DNA of 64,000 bases from Ascoidea asiatica JCM 7603 (GCA_001600695.1 BCKQ01000005.1:339306-403305); one strand, 5' to 3'. Positions 35,887 to 47,599 are shown, numbered from the stretch's first letter. Translations and numbers: made by a program. The notes: generated by a model from the letters alone, not told the origin.

Positions 35887-36118
35887 ATTGAATATTATTA
35901 ATAAATTTTAGTTGATTTTGACGTTAACTATGATTTAGTTGAATAATTCTTAATTAAAATTAAATGATTTGAATAAATAATATAATTCCTAATAAATAGA
36001 GTAATTTTTAGTTATGATAGAGTGATAAAGTGAAAGAGTAAAAGAGAGAAAGAGAGAAAGGATGCGGGTCATGTGATATTTTTGAAATAATATTTTAAAA
36101 ATATTATTATAAAATTGA

Positions 36119-37042
36119 TTAATTTATAATTTTAGGTAAATTATATGGAGAAGTTGGAGGTGGAGATTCTAAGAAATAATCTGATAATAAAGCTTGTTCT
36201 GCGGTTAATCTTTTTGAAGGATTTAAATCCATTAAACTAATTAAAAGATTTAAAGCATTTTCAGTAGCAGCTAAGAATCTTCTTCTTAATTCATCTTTTG
36301 TTGGTTTTGGATAAATTATTAAAGAATTATAATTTGGTAAAGAAGAAACATTTTTCCAAATTGAATCAGTTGGAGTACCTAAAGCTTTAAAAGTTATATT
36401 TAATTGATCTAAATCATTTAAACCTGGTAAATATGGAGTTCTTAACATTAATTCAGCAAATATTAAACCAATTGACCAAATATCAATTGGATATGAATAA
36501 AATTTTGAACCAAATAATAATTCAGGAGCTTTATACCATCTTGTTACAACATTATTTGTTAATTTTTCAAAATTATTAATATTATTACCTAAAGATCTAG
36601 CTAAACCAAAATCAGCAATTTTTAAAAAACCATTTGGATTAATTAAAAGATTATTTGGTTTTAAATCTCTATGTAAAATATTATTTCTATGACAATGATG
36701 AATACCTCTTAAAGTCATTAATAACCAAGATTTTATATTTGCAGGAGTAAAAATTATATTTTTATCTTTAATTAAAATATCTAAATCATATGGTAAAAAT
36801 TCTAAAACTAAATTTAAATTATCAAATTGATAATAAACATCAATTAATTCAATAATATTTTGATGATGTAATTCTTGTAAATATTTCATTTCTCTTATTG
36901 CAGACATATCTAAACCATCATGAAAATTGGCAGTTTTAATTTCTTTTACAGCAATTGGGCGGTTAGTTGATAACTGTTTACCTAAATAAACAATAGCATA
37001 GGTACCTTCACCAACTTTCCTTTCTTTGAAATAATTGGACAT
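36119..37042 (-). CDS. KIN28: TFIIH CTD kinase Kin28 (CDK7)
   Basis: KVGEGTYA, DGLDMSAIRE, HRDLKPNNLL, ELMLRTPYLPG. Confidence 0.95.
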   Translation of the reverse strand: MSNYFKERKVGEGTYAIVYLGKQLSTNRPIAVKEIKTANFHDGLDMSAIREMKYLQELHHQNIIELIDVYYQFDNLNLVLEFLPYDLDILIKDKNIIFTPANIKSWLLMTLRGIHHCHRNNILHRDLKPNNLLINPNGFLKIADFGLARSLGNNINNFEKLTNNVVTRWYKAPELLFGSKFYSYPIDIWSIGLIFAELMLRTPYLPGLNDLDQLNITFKALGTPTDSIWKNVSSLPNYNSLIIYPKPTKDELRRRFLAATENALNLLISLMDLNPSKRLTAEQALLSDYFLESPPPTSPYNLPKIIN

Positions 37043-37336
37043 GAATTGATATTATAAAGCAAAATAGAAATATTCATCCAAATTTATAAAATTGTATTTG
37101 AAGGAATAAACAAAAAAAGATGATGAAGATGATGAAGAAGAAGAAGAACAACAACAACAAAAAGATAGAGAAGCAGAAAGAGAAGAAGCAAGAAACAAAG
37201 AAACAAGAAGATTCAAGATAAATTTATTCATGTGACGCTATACGCACCGCCACAATTCAAAATACAAACCAGCCACTCGTGTCAGCCACAAAACTGGAAC
37301 ACGGCACGCAGCACAGCAGCACAGCGCCCCGCAGAG

Positions 37337-37344
37337 ACGCGAAA
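37337..37344 (+). promoter_or_regulatory. SCB/MCB-like element in the KIN28/SWI4 divergent promoter
   Basis: ACGCGAAA within a GC-rich promoter island. Confidence 0.45.
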
Positions 37345-38097
37345 CTGGCAAAAAGCGACAAGAAGAAGAAGAGAACGAGAACGAGAAAGAGAAAGAGAAA
37401 GAGAAAGAGAAAGAAGAAGAAGAAGAAGAAGAAACACGTTCTTCAGACTATCCTCAGATTATCCTCAGATTATCCTGCGGGTCTCTTGTGATTATCTTGT
37501 CCTTACTGCCTGCTCAGCGTCCTTTTCTGAGCTGCGTTGTTGATTTTACTGCTATTTCATTCCCACCATCCTCGTTGTTGTCGTTTTCTTCTTCTTCTTC
37601 GTATCTTCTTTTACTTTTTTTTTTATTGTTGATCTCTTTTCTCCATATCAGTTTCATTGGATTTACAACAACAGATTCATATCACTTTTATAACAAATTT
37701 GATAAAAATATTATCTTATAATTTATAAAAGATTTCATAATTTCAAAGATCTTCATCACTTTTCGAATAATTATTTAGGTCTTCTTTCCTCCTTAGATTT
37801 CACTCGATTTTAAAATTCTCCGGTTTAAATCAACAAATTAATACATAGAATTGTAGTGGAACTCAGATAAAGTACTGTAATACAGTCTAATACTCTAATA
37901 TTCTGATACTCTGATACTCTGATACTCTAATTCTGTGCAGTACTTTGTAAACTTAACTTCCATTAAACAACTTATTATTTATTATTCATTAATTATTATT
38001 CATTAGTTACTATTTCCTAAGTACTAATATTCAATTATCAATTATTAATCAATAATTAATATATTTACAAATCAATAATCAAATCATATATCGAATA

Positions 38098-41000
38098 ATG
38101 AATGAAAATATTATATCTACTGAAAAAACTGTAAAAAATGGAATCAATAATAATAATGATAATAATAATGATAATGAAATAGAATTAGAAAAAGAAAAAC
38201 AAAAACATAAACAAATAGAAAATGAAAATAAAAATAAAAATGAAAATGAAAATGAAAATGAAAAAGAAAAAGAAAAAGAAAAAGAAACTGAAAGTAATAT
38301 TAATAAAGATATAAACAATAATATAACTAATAATATTACAAAAGATATAACAAAGAATATAATTAAGGATATAAATAAGGAAAAAGACAAAGACATATAT
38401 AAAGAAGAAGAAAAAGAAAAAGAAAAAGAAAAAGAAAAAGAAATAAAAATAAGTAATGAGAAAAACAAGGAGAAAATAAATAAAACTGATATAAACAATA
38501 ACAGAAATAATAATTCTGATAATAATACTCAAGAAACTAAGAATAGTAAAGAAATTAAGGATATAACAAATAATAAAGATAATAAAGATAATAAAATTAA
38601 TGATAAACAGAAACTTCAATCTCAATCTCAATCTCAATCTCAATCTCAATCTCTAATACAATCTCCCATTGAAAACAGTAATAAAAATAATAATATTAAT
38701 AATCCAACTTTAATCTCAAAATCTGCAATTTCAACTCCAATAAATAAAATTAAAAAAAATAGTTTATCTTCTTTACCTTCTTCATTATTAAAAAATAATA
38801 ATTCAAATTTAAAAACTCCATCTTCAAATTCTCCTCCTTTAGAAAATGAAATTTATATTTCAACTTATTCTGGTCAAGATGTTTATGAAATTTTAATTGA
38901 TAATGTACCTTTAATGAGAAGAATTGATGATGATTGGGTTAATGCAACTCAAATTTTAAAAGTTGCAAAATTTCAAAAAGCTCAAAGAACTAGAATTCTT
39001 GAAAAAGAAATTCAAACTGGTAATCATGAAAAAATTCAAGGTGGTCATGGTAGATTTCAAGGTACTTGGGTACCTCTTTCAATTGCAATTAATTTAGCTA
39101 AAACTCATTCAATTAATAAAAATATTTTAAGCCTTTTAAATTTTAAATTTGATAAAAATAATCCTCCAATTAGAAGAAAAGTAACTAAATCAAATATTTT
39201 AACTAATTCTATTTCAAAATCTCATTCAAAATCAATTTCCTCTATTTCTCATTCAAATTCTCATTCCAATTCCAATTCCAATTCTATCTCCAATTCATCA
39301 TCATCATCTTCTTCCTCTTCTTTCTCTTCAAAATCTCATCCTACTTCACATCCTAATTCACTTTCTCATCCTCATTCTCATTCTCAATTTATTCAAAATC
39401 AAAATATTCAACTAAATAATCTCAATAATCAACTTAATAATTTAAATAATATTAATAACCTTAATTTTAATAATTTCAATAATATTAGTAATATTAATAG
39501 CATCAATTTTAATAATCTTACTAATTTCAATAATAATAATATTAATAATATTAATCAAATTCATGATTATTCTTCAAATCAAAATATTGATACTCCTTTA
39601 AAAAGAAAAAAAAGATTCAGTAATTCATCTTCTATCAATATCGAAAATAATAAAAATAAAAAAAATATTAATTCAAATAAAATTACCAAAAATATCAAAA
39701 ATAATAAAATTAACACTATTAATTCCAATACACCAACTAATTCCAAAAATCTCAATAAGCAGCATAATATTAAAATTAGTACTGATAATTTTAATAATCA
39801 TAATACTAACAATAATAACAATAATAATACTAATAATAACAATTTAATAACTCAAATACCACCTCCTGCATTTCCAAACCCTCAACAATTACTTTTACAT
39901 CAACAACAGCAACAGCAACAGCAACAATTGCAATTACAAACTCAGTCTTTACAACTTCCTTTCAATGGACCATCTAATAGCTCCGTGTTTCAACCACAGG
40001 TAAATCCTCTATTCAATCTTCAGCAACAACAACAACAAAAATTTCAAATTTCTCAATCTTTGGCTTTGCCTCCAACTCCAGCTTCTGCAAGTTCTTCTGC
40101 TCCTCCATCTGCAATATCTGCAACATCTTCGGTACCTTCCCAATTTTTTCAATTACAACAATTACAGTACCAGCAACAATTACAAGCACAAATGCAAGCT
40201 CAACAAGCTCACCATCAACAACAAGAGCAGCAAAAGCATCACCAACAACAGCAGTTACTTCAACAACAATGCTTTCAGCTTCAATTGCAACAGCAACAAC
40301 AAATGTTACAACAACAACAAGTTCAAGCTTTACATCCAATCCAAGGTCAATTAAATACTCAACCATCACTTCAAAATAATCTTACCCCACAGCCCCTGTT
40401 AGTCTCAAATACTTCAGTTCAAATGTCAACCTCAGTACCGAATTTAGATACAACTGGGATTGTATCTTCATCTGATTCTCAATTAAAAGATCAGCCAAGA
40501 TCAAATATAGCTCCTCAAATAAAAAAAAAAAAAATTGTAGATCCTTTTAATCCAACTCATGATTTAAAGTCAGCCAATAAGTCCAATCTTGATTTGCAAA
40601 TTAAATCTAATAAAGATTCAGATATATATCGTAATAGTTCTATCAATGATATTAATACTTCTATTTCAACTACCAATAATATTGGCAGGAGGTCTACTTT
40701 GACTAATACTAATTCCGAAGCTGTTTTTAATTCTAACTCAATTTCAATCAAAAATATCAACAATACCCCTTCGAATTTAAATATTAACTCAAATCTTTCT
40801 ATCCCTGATAATCCAATATCTACTGCAGACTCAGCTTTTATTTCAAATCAGAATATCTCAAATAATTCCTCGATTACTGAAATTAATGATTTGGATCCAA
40901 AACCTGATATAAATTCTCTATCTTATAATCGACAAATTGAAAAATATTTAAGTCAAGAAACCTCTGAAATACCTTCTTTTCTTATTGATCTCACAAATGA

Positions 41001-43596
41001 CTTCAACATTGATGACCCTATAGATTCAGAAGGTCATACGACTTTACATTGGGCTTGTGCTCTTGGAAACACACAACTTATAGATATTTTAATGAAAAAT
41101 CATGCAAATCCTTTAGTAACAAATATTTATGGCTTGAATCCGTTATCTCGCTTAATATCTTTTAATAATTGTTACGAACGAAAAATTTTCAAAGAAATAT
41201 TTGAAAAATATCTAAAGCCATGTCTATTTCAGCCAGACCAAAATAATAGAACAGTCTTACATTATATATGTGATTTATCAAAAATTCAGAGCAAATTTAG
41301 AAGTTGTTTTTATTATTTTAAAATTATTTTCAAGGAAATTATTATGGAGAATAGTATCAAAAATGCTTACATTCTTCAAGCGTTAAAAAACCAATTTCAA
41401 TTGACAAGGCCAGATATTCCTATTTCTGATTCTGAAATATTAAATTCGCCTTTGTATCAATCAGCTAAGGATCAAGTGTTAAAATTTTCTTTGAACTACC
41501 CTGATATAAAGGGTGATACAGCCTTACATATTGCAATTTATTCGAAAAATCCTATATTAATCAAAATTTTGGTTGCTTTTGGGACAGATTTATTGGCCAA
41601 AAATGCCAAAGGGGAATACCCAGAACAATTAATTCAACAACTAATATCGAATAAGTCAATAAATTTAACCTTTAACGAATTAAATACTTATATTTTACAT
41701 CCTGGATTGATACTGTTCGATGAAAATGATGAAAGTGAAATAATTGCCTTGGAAGATAAAAGTACAAGTAAGGAAATTAAAAACAGCAATTCTATTTTGA
41801 CGGTAGGTAATAATTATAATAGAAATGATCAACCTTCGGTTTCGATTAATGGAGTAAATGAAATAAGCATGCTTGAAGATAGTTTAGCGGAGTTAGCTCC
41901 TTTGAAAGAAATTACAATTGAAGAACAGAATAATACTTTAGCATCTTTCGAGAATAGCAAGGAGCCTACCAATATTCTGTTTCAACCTGGAAATACTTCA
42001 ATTTCGGAAAATGTTTTAATCCCCGAAAAAGTTTCAACCACTGATAATACTCAGGCAACCTCTGTTAAAGATCTTAAGAGTAGAAAAAATAATATAAGTT
42101 TCATTACAAGTTCTCAATCTCAAAATTCAGATATTCCCAAAGTACTTCAAATATCTTTTGATGAAAATAATACTCAAAATGAAGAAGAAGGAAAATCAAA
42201 TTTGAATAAAATATCAAAACAAACCATTAATCAATTTTCTGAAAAAGAAGATAGAGAAATGTTTTCTCCAGTTAAAAAGAAAAAATTGAATGATAGTTCA
42301 ATTCAAAATAAATATCCTCATACCTCTTTGCAACCACCTGTATTGATAAACAAATCTAAAAAATCAAATGAAACTTTGAAGGAAAGTCAAACAATTGATT
42401 ACAATGGAAAACAAACTCAGATTCGACATAGGCTTTCGGCTTTAGAGGTTAAGCCTATGATCGACTCGATGATTGACTCCTTGAATGATGCTCAAGCTTC
42501 TCAGTTACAAGTCAAAAAAAACGAAATTGAATCTATCCGTGAGTCTGTAAATAAAATTACTCCTGAAATTGATTCTATGAATTCTCAAATTCATAATTCC
42601 TTACTTTCTATATATAATGATGAAAATCAAGAGATAAATAAGAATGATATGGAATCTAAGATAAAATTATTGATTGATGATAGTTTGGATTCCGAATCTT
42701 TCGCAACGGAGCTAACTCGAAAGATTAAGAAGGAAGAAGAAGAATTAGCTGTTAAAAATGGTGATCTCACTACCATAATTGAAAGATCTCAGTGTAAATT
42801 ATTGGCAGATTTAGTAATGGAAGAAGAATTGAAAGCTTTAAAAGAAGACCAACTTTATGCAGTAACAAAGGGTAATTCTATTCTGGAAGAGGAAAAAAAT
42901 AGAGAGCTGTCTACTCCTAAAAGCTATGGGAAATCGCCTTTTGATCATAGCACGACTATAAAGACTAATCAGTTCAGAACGCCTCTTCCAAACAAAGAGG
43001 TCGACGATAGCAGAATACTTGAAAAGGATCAACTGAATTTATTTACCCCTAAAGGATCTAGTAGTCCAGTCAAAGTTCCTTCTAGTTCTGCTACCATATC
43101 AAATTATTCACCGTCTATAACAGAAAGTAAGAATGAGTCTGATGAAAACTCGATTGAGCAAAGATGTAGATTGTCTATTGAGTTAAGTATTTTACAAATC
43201 AGAAGAATTACTAAAATCCAGCAGATTGTTGATTTCATCAACAATGGTACTATTAACTCTAAGTTTAACTCTTATAGACAGTTGATATCTACTGCTTCTG
43301 GGCTTGATATCAATGGGATTGATGATCTTGTCGATTCAATAGAAAACGAATTGATGCAAGATAATACTGGTGACATCGATAATTTGGATTCGATTGATCA
43401 TGAAGCATTAGATATTTCTATGAATGACCCTGATAAGACTTTTACATCTTCATATATTGGGAACCAAAGTTTTCTCATGGAACAAAATACAAACAATAAC
43501 TCTCCAAATAAAGAAAGCAATCTTAACTCTGTTTCGAATTCCAAGAAACTTTCTAAAAGTAAGGGTATCCTGGACTTGCTGTTGATCAGAACTTAG
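38098..43596 (+). CDS. SWI4: SBF/MBF DNA-binding subunit (KilA-N/APSES plus ankyrin repeats), most likely Swi4
   Basis: MRRIDDDWVNATQILK..GRFQGTWVP; ankyrins GHTTLHWAC, RTVLHYI and GDTALHIA; C-terminal YRQLI block. GRFQGTW and linkage to KAP123/BOI2 favour Swi4 over Mbp1. Confidence 0.82.
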   Translation: MNENIISTEKTVKNGINNNNDNNNDNEIELEKEKQKHKQIENENKNKNENENENEKEKEKEKETESNINKDINNNITNNITKDITKNIIKDINKEKDKDIYKEEEKEKEKEKEKEIKISNEKNKEKINKTDINNNRNNNSDNNTQETKNSKEIKDITNNKDNKDNKINDKQKLQSQSQSQSQSQSLIQSPIENSNKNNNINNPTLISKSAISTPINKIKKNSLSSLPSSLLKNNNSNLKTPSSNSPPLENEIYISTYSGQDVYEILIDNVPLMRRIDDDWVNATQILKVAKFQKAQRTRILEKEIQTGNHEKIQGGHGRFQGTWVPLSIAINLAKTHSINKNILSLLNFKFDKNNPPIRRKVTKSNILTNSISKSHSKSISSISHSNSHSNSNSNSISNSSSSSSSSSFSSKSHPTSHPNSLSHPHSHSQFIQNQNIQLNNLNNQLNNLNNINNLNFNNFNNISNINSINFNNLTNFNNNNINNINQIHDYSSNQNIDTPLKRKKRFSNSSSINIENNKNKKNINSNKITKNIKNNKINTINSNTPTNSKNLNKQHNIKISTDNFNNHNTNNNNNNNTNNNNLITQIPPPAFPNPQQLLLHQQQQQQQQQLQLQTQSLQLPFNGPSNSSVFQPQVNPLFNLQQQQQQKFQISQSLALPPTPASASSSAPPSAISATSSVPSQFFQLQQLQYQQQLQAQMQAQQAHHQQQEQQKHHQQQQLLQQQCFQLQLQQQQQMLQQQQVQALHPIQGQLNTQPSLQNNLTPQPLLVSNTSVQMSTSVPNLDTTGIVSSSDSQLKDQPRSNIAPQIKKKKIVDPFNPTHDLKSANKSNLDLQIKSNKDSDIYRNSSINDINTSISTTNNIGRRSTLTNTNSEAVFNSNSISIKNINNTPSNLNINSNLSIPDNPISTADSAFISNQNISNNSSITEINDLDPKPDINSLSYNRQIEKYLSQETSEIPSFLIDLTNDFNIDDPIDSEGHTTLHWACALGNTQLIDILMKNHANPLVTNIYGLNPLSRLISFNNCYERKIFKEIFEKYLKPCLFQPDQNNRTVLHYICDLSKIQSKFRSCFYYFKIIFKEIIMENSIKNAYILQALKNQFQLTRPDIPISDSEILNSPLYQSAKDQVLKFSLNYPDIKGDTALHIAIYSKNPILIKILVAFGTDLLAKNAKGEYPEQLIQQLISNKSINLTFNELNTYILHPGLILFDENDESEIIALEDKSTSKEIKNSNSILTVGNNYNRNDQPSVSINGVNEISMLEDSLAELAPLKEITIEEQNNTLASFENSKEPTNILFQPGNTSISENVLIPEKVSTTDNTQATSVKDLKSRKNNISFITSSQSQNSDIPKVLQISFDENNTQNEEEGKSNLNKISKQTINQFSEKEDREMFSPVKKKKLNDSSIQNKYPHTSLQPPVLINKSKKSNETLKESQTIDYNGKQTQIRHRLSALEVKPMIDSMIDSLNDAQASQLQVKKNEIESIRESVNKITPEIDSMNSQIHNSLLSIYNDENQEINKNDMESKIKLLIDDSLDSESFATELTRKIKKEEEELAVKNGDLTTIIERSQCKLLADLVMEEELKALKEDQLYAVTKGNSILEEEKNRELSTPKSYGKSPFDHSTTIKTNQFRTPLPNKEVDDSRILEKDQLNLFTPKGSSSPVKVPSSSATISNYSPSITESKNESDENSIEQRCRLSIELSILQIRRITKIQQIVDFINNGTINSKFNSYRQLISTASGLDINGIDDLVDSIENELMQDNTGDIDNLDSIDHEALDISMNDPDKTFTSSYIGNQSFLMEQNTNNNSPNKESNLNSVSNSKKLSKSKGILDLLLIRT

Positions 43597-44374
43597 CATT
43601 CTCCTTTCAGTTCTTTTGTGTTTATTAAGCTGAATGTATTTTATTTACTTTTTATAATATATTTTTCTTTTTTCTTTTTTTGCGCATTTTATATATACTT
43701 ACATCGGTAATTCTAATTCAATTTTTATTTCAAGTTTGGTATGTAGGTCTTCTCAATAAGTATTTCTAAATAAATATATTTTCGGCCTCTAATCAAATAG
43801 TTATTAATATAATTTAATAAAATTAGCAAATTTCTTATTTGTGTTACTCTTATATTACAAAATGGCATTAAGCCCTTTGAGATTTACTAATGTCTGAAAG
43901 TTTTTCGTATAGCTTAGTCTAAAATTAAAAGTTACATCCAAAATTCATTTGAACATATTTTAGACCATAAGGTAAATTTAAACCTAGCTCTACTTGAAAA
44001 AAAAAAATAATCTTCTTGAATACAAAGTCGAATAAAGTAAAACCAAAAACATTCAACCCAATTTAAAAAAAAATATCAAAAACAAGGGTTGAACTTTATT
44101 TGAACAAATTAAAACAACTAAAAAATAAAGCTAGGAAAATAGACAAAGAATCAAACAAACCAAAAATAACATGAAACAAATAAAAAATATATAAGAAAGA
44201 ATTAAAAACAAGCGAACACAAACTATTCATTCAAGGAAAATCATATATAACCATCAGAGAAACTTAATTGTACCTAAATATACACTTGGCAAAATAAACA
44301 AAAAGCTAAAAGTCCATAGGTTATCTTCAATAAAAAAGCTAGTAAAAAAGGGTTCATTAGTGGATTAGAAAAAT

Positions 44375-47300
44375 TTATGAATGTTCTTTTAGGCTACTTC
44401 TGCCTTTGATTTTGTTTTGCAATCCTGAACTCTGTCTTTGGGCATTTGTTTTAGGTGAAGAGGGACTACTTGGATGAATTCCTGATGCTAATAAATAAGG
44501 AGATTGAAACCCTGATGATTCATTGTGGTCATTCAATTTAGGTGTAGATATATGAGAAGTGGCAGTAGTTGATGGAGTTTGATTTGATTCAATAGAAGAA
44601 GACAAAGATGAGGATGATGGATGAGAGGAAGAAGGATGAGACTGGATAAAATTTCCCTTTTTCAAAAGTTCTTCTCTTTTTTGTGCGTTTTCTCTTGCCT
44701 TTGAAAGTAAAGTTTGTGCCTTTTGTAAAGAAACAGTTGGGGTGGTACATGAAGAAACAATAGGCGTCGTATCATCTAGATCGATTGTGGCTTTCATTAA
44801 TGCAGCCATCCAGCCCCTCATTTCCTCCCGAGTATCGACTGCAAAGTAGTGAATTTTTGGTTGAGTGAAAGTTAATCCTTTTTTGAAACCAGGAGCAGGA
44901 GGTACTAGCTTAAAGCAATATCTTCCTTGACCAGTTGTTGCAGCATAAAGTGCTACGAATTTATCATCTTCTCTGGTAGGTAATACTTTATGAGCCGTAA
45001 TATCAATTAAACCTTTTTCTTTTGCATCCTTCATTGATCCAAAATAAGATAATCGTGTATGATGGAGTGTAAAAAATCTTGTTTTCCATGGACCAACAGT
45101 ACTTGATCCTTTTTTGCTCATCCAACCGGAATAATCCGCTGTTTTCAGGGAAACTTCAGGATTGACTCTTTGTATCCCTTCTTGAAATGCTGATGTTTGT
45201 TTTTTAGTTTTTTTTCCAGTTTCGGATGTCTTTGCATTTCTTACCTCTCTGACTTTAAATGATTCTGAACCCGTTGAACTTGAAGTATCAACTGGTATAG
45301 GTGGTAAACTATTCGAAGTATTATTATGAATGAGCCTTTTATTTTCTGGTTGATCCTTCTCTTTAGAATTTTTTTCTTTTGCTTCTTTTTTATTCTTTCT
45401 TAATCTACCATGACTTGTAGTAAGGGATCTATGTGTTGCCTTTTCTTTAGGACTTTCCGGTTCATTTGCAGAAACTGATCTTCTTTTGAAAGGTTGATTT
45501 AATTTTTTTAAAGAATTCCTAATTGGAGACATTTGATTTTCAAAAGCTTCTTCTTTTAGTTTTCCAATATCAGAGTCTTCAAGTGAACTTGAATCTTTCA
45601 TAAGGTTACTATTTGAACTTGATAACGATTGACTAGCCCTTTTTGCAGGATCTAGAGTAGGTTGAGAAGAAATACTAGGGGAATTATTTGAATGACCATT
45701 TTGTTTTGCTCTATTTAGAAAAGATAATCTATTTTGATTCATTAAAGATTCTGCATCATAGTTTGAAGTCGTTGACGATACATTTTCAGGAAATTTAGCT
45801 ATACTTGGTGTTGATACTGCAGAATCACAATAGATTGAAGAAGTTGGCCTAGCAGGACCAGGATCAATAGCGAGCAAAGAATTGTTATTTATTTCATTGA
45901 CTAATGAGTCAATGGTTGGTATTTCCATTTTAAGATCATCTTTGAAAGAAATTGGAGATTGCGATACAGCATTACTTAAAAGTGTAGGTGAATCAAGTAA
46001 TAGATTTTTTTTATTATCGATTGAATTAGTTTTAAGCTGTAATTTTGGTTTTGAAAATTTAGAACCATTTGAAGTTGGGGTTCTAGAAAAGGAAGGAGGA
46101 AGAGGTACAGGCCTTGGTGATTCAAATTCCCTATTATTATATGATGAGGAGTTTCTCTGAGAAGGCAGCTTTACAGATTTTTGATGAACATTATAAAATG
46201 GGGAATCATTATTTGAATTATAATTAATATAATCAAGATCAGTTACAGATCTGGATCTACTCCTTCTATGTTTTTTTGCTTCATCTTCCGGATTTAATAG
46301 TGGTGGAGCCATTAATTCATTTTTATTTGAATTACTTGAAGGATTGAAAAAATCACCTCCCAGGCTACCATTTCTATTTAATTTTGGTAATGAAGGAGTT
46401 GAAGAATAAGTTAATCTTGAATTTGTTTCTAATTGTCTTCTTTGATAAGCAGCATTTTTTAAAGCTTCTATTTCTTTATAAATTTCGAATCTAGTACCAA
46501 AAGATGCAATTTCTAATTCTTTCAAATAACTTAATTCTAATTCTAATAAAATTGTTCCAGTTATTTTATGTCTTAAAAATTTTGAGAAAATATCTTCATC
46601 AAAGCCAAGATATTTGAAATATTCAGATACTTGTACTGGAGACCAAGATTCAACAAATATTGGATTGAATTCTTCTGGAATAGAATCAATTTCATCCAAA
46701 TCTTCTTCATTTTCAAGAGAACTTGAATCATCCCTTTCTATATTATTTTTTGAGTTTTCAGTTATATTACTATTATTATTATTATTATTAGGGTTATCAA
46801 AATCATTTTGATTTGAAGGGTTTCCAAACAGAGGATTTGTTTTTGAATCATTTATTGAATTATTATTATCATTATCGTTAATACTATTATTATTAGTGGT
46901 ATTATTGGTATTAGTATCATTGATATTATTTTTAATTTTATTTGAAGTATTGAATTCTTTTAAAGTATTATCAATTTCTGTTAAAGTTTTGTGAACAGAA
47001 GATTGTCTATCGTGATCAATCTTTGAAGAACTATTTCCACTTGATCTTTTTTTTGGAGTTGATAATCTATTTTTTGAGCTTGAATGGCTTGTATGCTTTG
47101 AATTTGTTATTGAAGAATTTGACATTGAAATTTGAGATGGGCTTCTTTGATTAGTTGATTGATTAACTGGATGATTAGTTTTATTGAGAGAAGTGATTTT
47201 TCTACTTCTTGATCTTAATAAATTTCTTTGTTGTTCTTGAGTTAAATATGCATTTATTGATTGAGTAAAAGATTTTGGATAAAGTCCTGCACGACCTGTT

Positions 47301-47599
47301 GACAAATTTTTCCCCATATACCAACCATCATTAAACTTAGAATCATCAGCTATAACTTCAATTTTATCACCGGGTTTTATTGCTAATTCATCATCTAATC
47401 TTGGATTGAATTCTTTTATTACAGTGAATAAATTTGAAGCATTTGGTATTGGATCTTGAAAAGGTATATTATTATTGATATTATTAAGTTGAGGAGATTG
47501 TTGTTTTTGATTATGATAGTAATTCTTTTTTTGATCCGAATTATTATTGTTATTTGGAGTATTATAAGGGTTTTGATAAGCGCTTGAATAATTAAACAT
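44375..47599 (-). CDS. BOI2: Boi1/Boi2 polarity scaffold (SH3-SAM-PH)
   Basis: SH3 DELAIKPGD..GWYMG..GLYP; SAM HKITGTILLEL; PH SGWMSKK..WKTRFFTL..GWMAALMKA. Confidence 0.92.
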   Translation of the reverse strand: MFNYSSAYQNPYNTPNNNNNSDQKKNYYHNQKQQSPQLNNINNNIPFQDPIPNASNLFTVIKEFNPRLDDELAIKPGDKIEVIADDSKFNDGWYMGKNLSTGRAGLYPKSFTQSINAYLTQEQQRNLLRSRSRKITSLNKTNHPVNQSTNQRSPSQISMSNSSITNSKHTSHSSSKNRLSTPKKRSSGNSSSKIDHDRQSSVHKTLTEIDNTLKEFNTSNKIKNNINDTNTNNTTNNNSINDNDNNNSINDSKTNPLFGNPSNQNDFDNPNNNNNNSNITENSKNNIERDDSSSLENEEDLDEIDSIPEEFNPIFVESWSPVQVSEYFKYLGFDEDIFSKFLRHKITGTILLELELSYLKELEIASFGTRFEIYKEIEALKNAAYQRRQLETNSRLTYSSTPSLPKLNRNGSLGGDFFNPSSNSNKNELMAPPLLNPEDEAKKHRRSRSRSVTDLDYINYNSNNDSPFYNVHQKSVKLPSQRNSSSYNNREFESPRPVPLPPSFSRTPTSNGSKFSKPKLQLKTNSIDNKKNLLLDSPTLLSNAVSQSPISFKDDLKMEIPTIDSLVNEINNNSLLAIDPGPARPTSSIYCDSAVSTPSIAKFPENVSSTTSNYDAESLMNQNRLSFLNRAKQNGHSNNSPSISSQPTLDPAKRASQSLSSSNSNLMKDSSSLEDSDIGKLKEEAFENQMSPIRNSLKKLNQPFKRRSVSANEPESPKEKATHRSLTTSHGRLRKNKKEAKEKNSKEKDQPENKRLIHNNTSNSLPPIPVDTSSSTGSESFKVREVRNAKTSETGKKTKKQTSAFQEGIQRVNPEVSLKTADYSGWMSKKGSSTVGPWKTRFFTLHHTRLSYFGSMKDAKEKGLIDITAHKVLPTREDDKFVALYAATTGQGRYCFKLVPPAPGFKKGLTFTQPKIHYFAVDTREEMRGWMAALMKATIDLDDTTPIVSSCTTPTVSLQKAQTLLSKARENAQKREELLKKGNFIQSHPSSSHPSSSSLSSSIESNQTPSTTATSHISTPKLNDHNESSGFQSPYLLASGIHPSSPSSPKTNAQRQSSGLQNKIKGRSSLKEHS

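Noticed and set aside
37232-38649. Arg/Lys-rich and Phe/Ser-rich short ORFs around the SWI4 start
   Set aside because: Translations of purine microsatellites or of the antisense strand of low-complexity SWI4 sequence.
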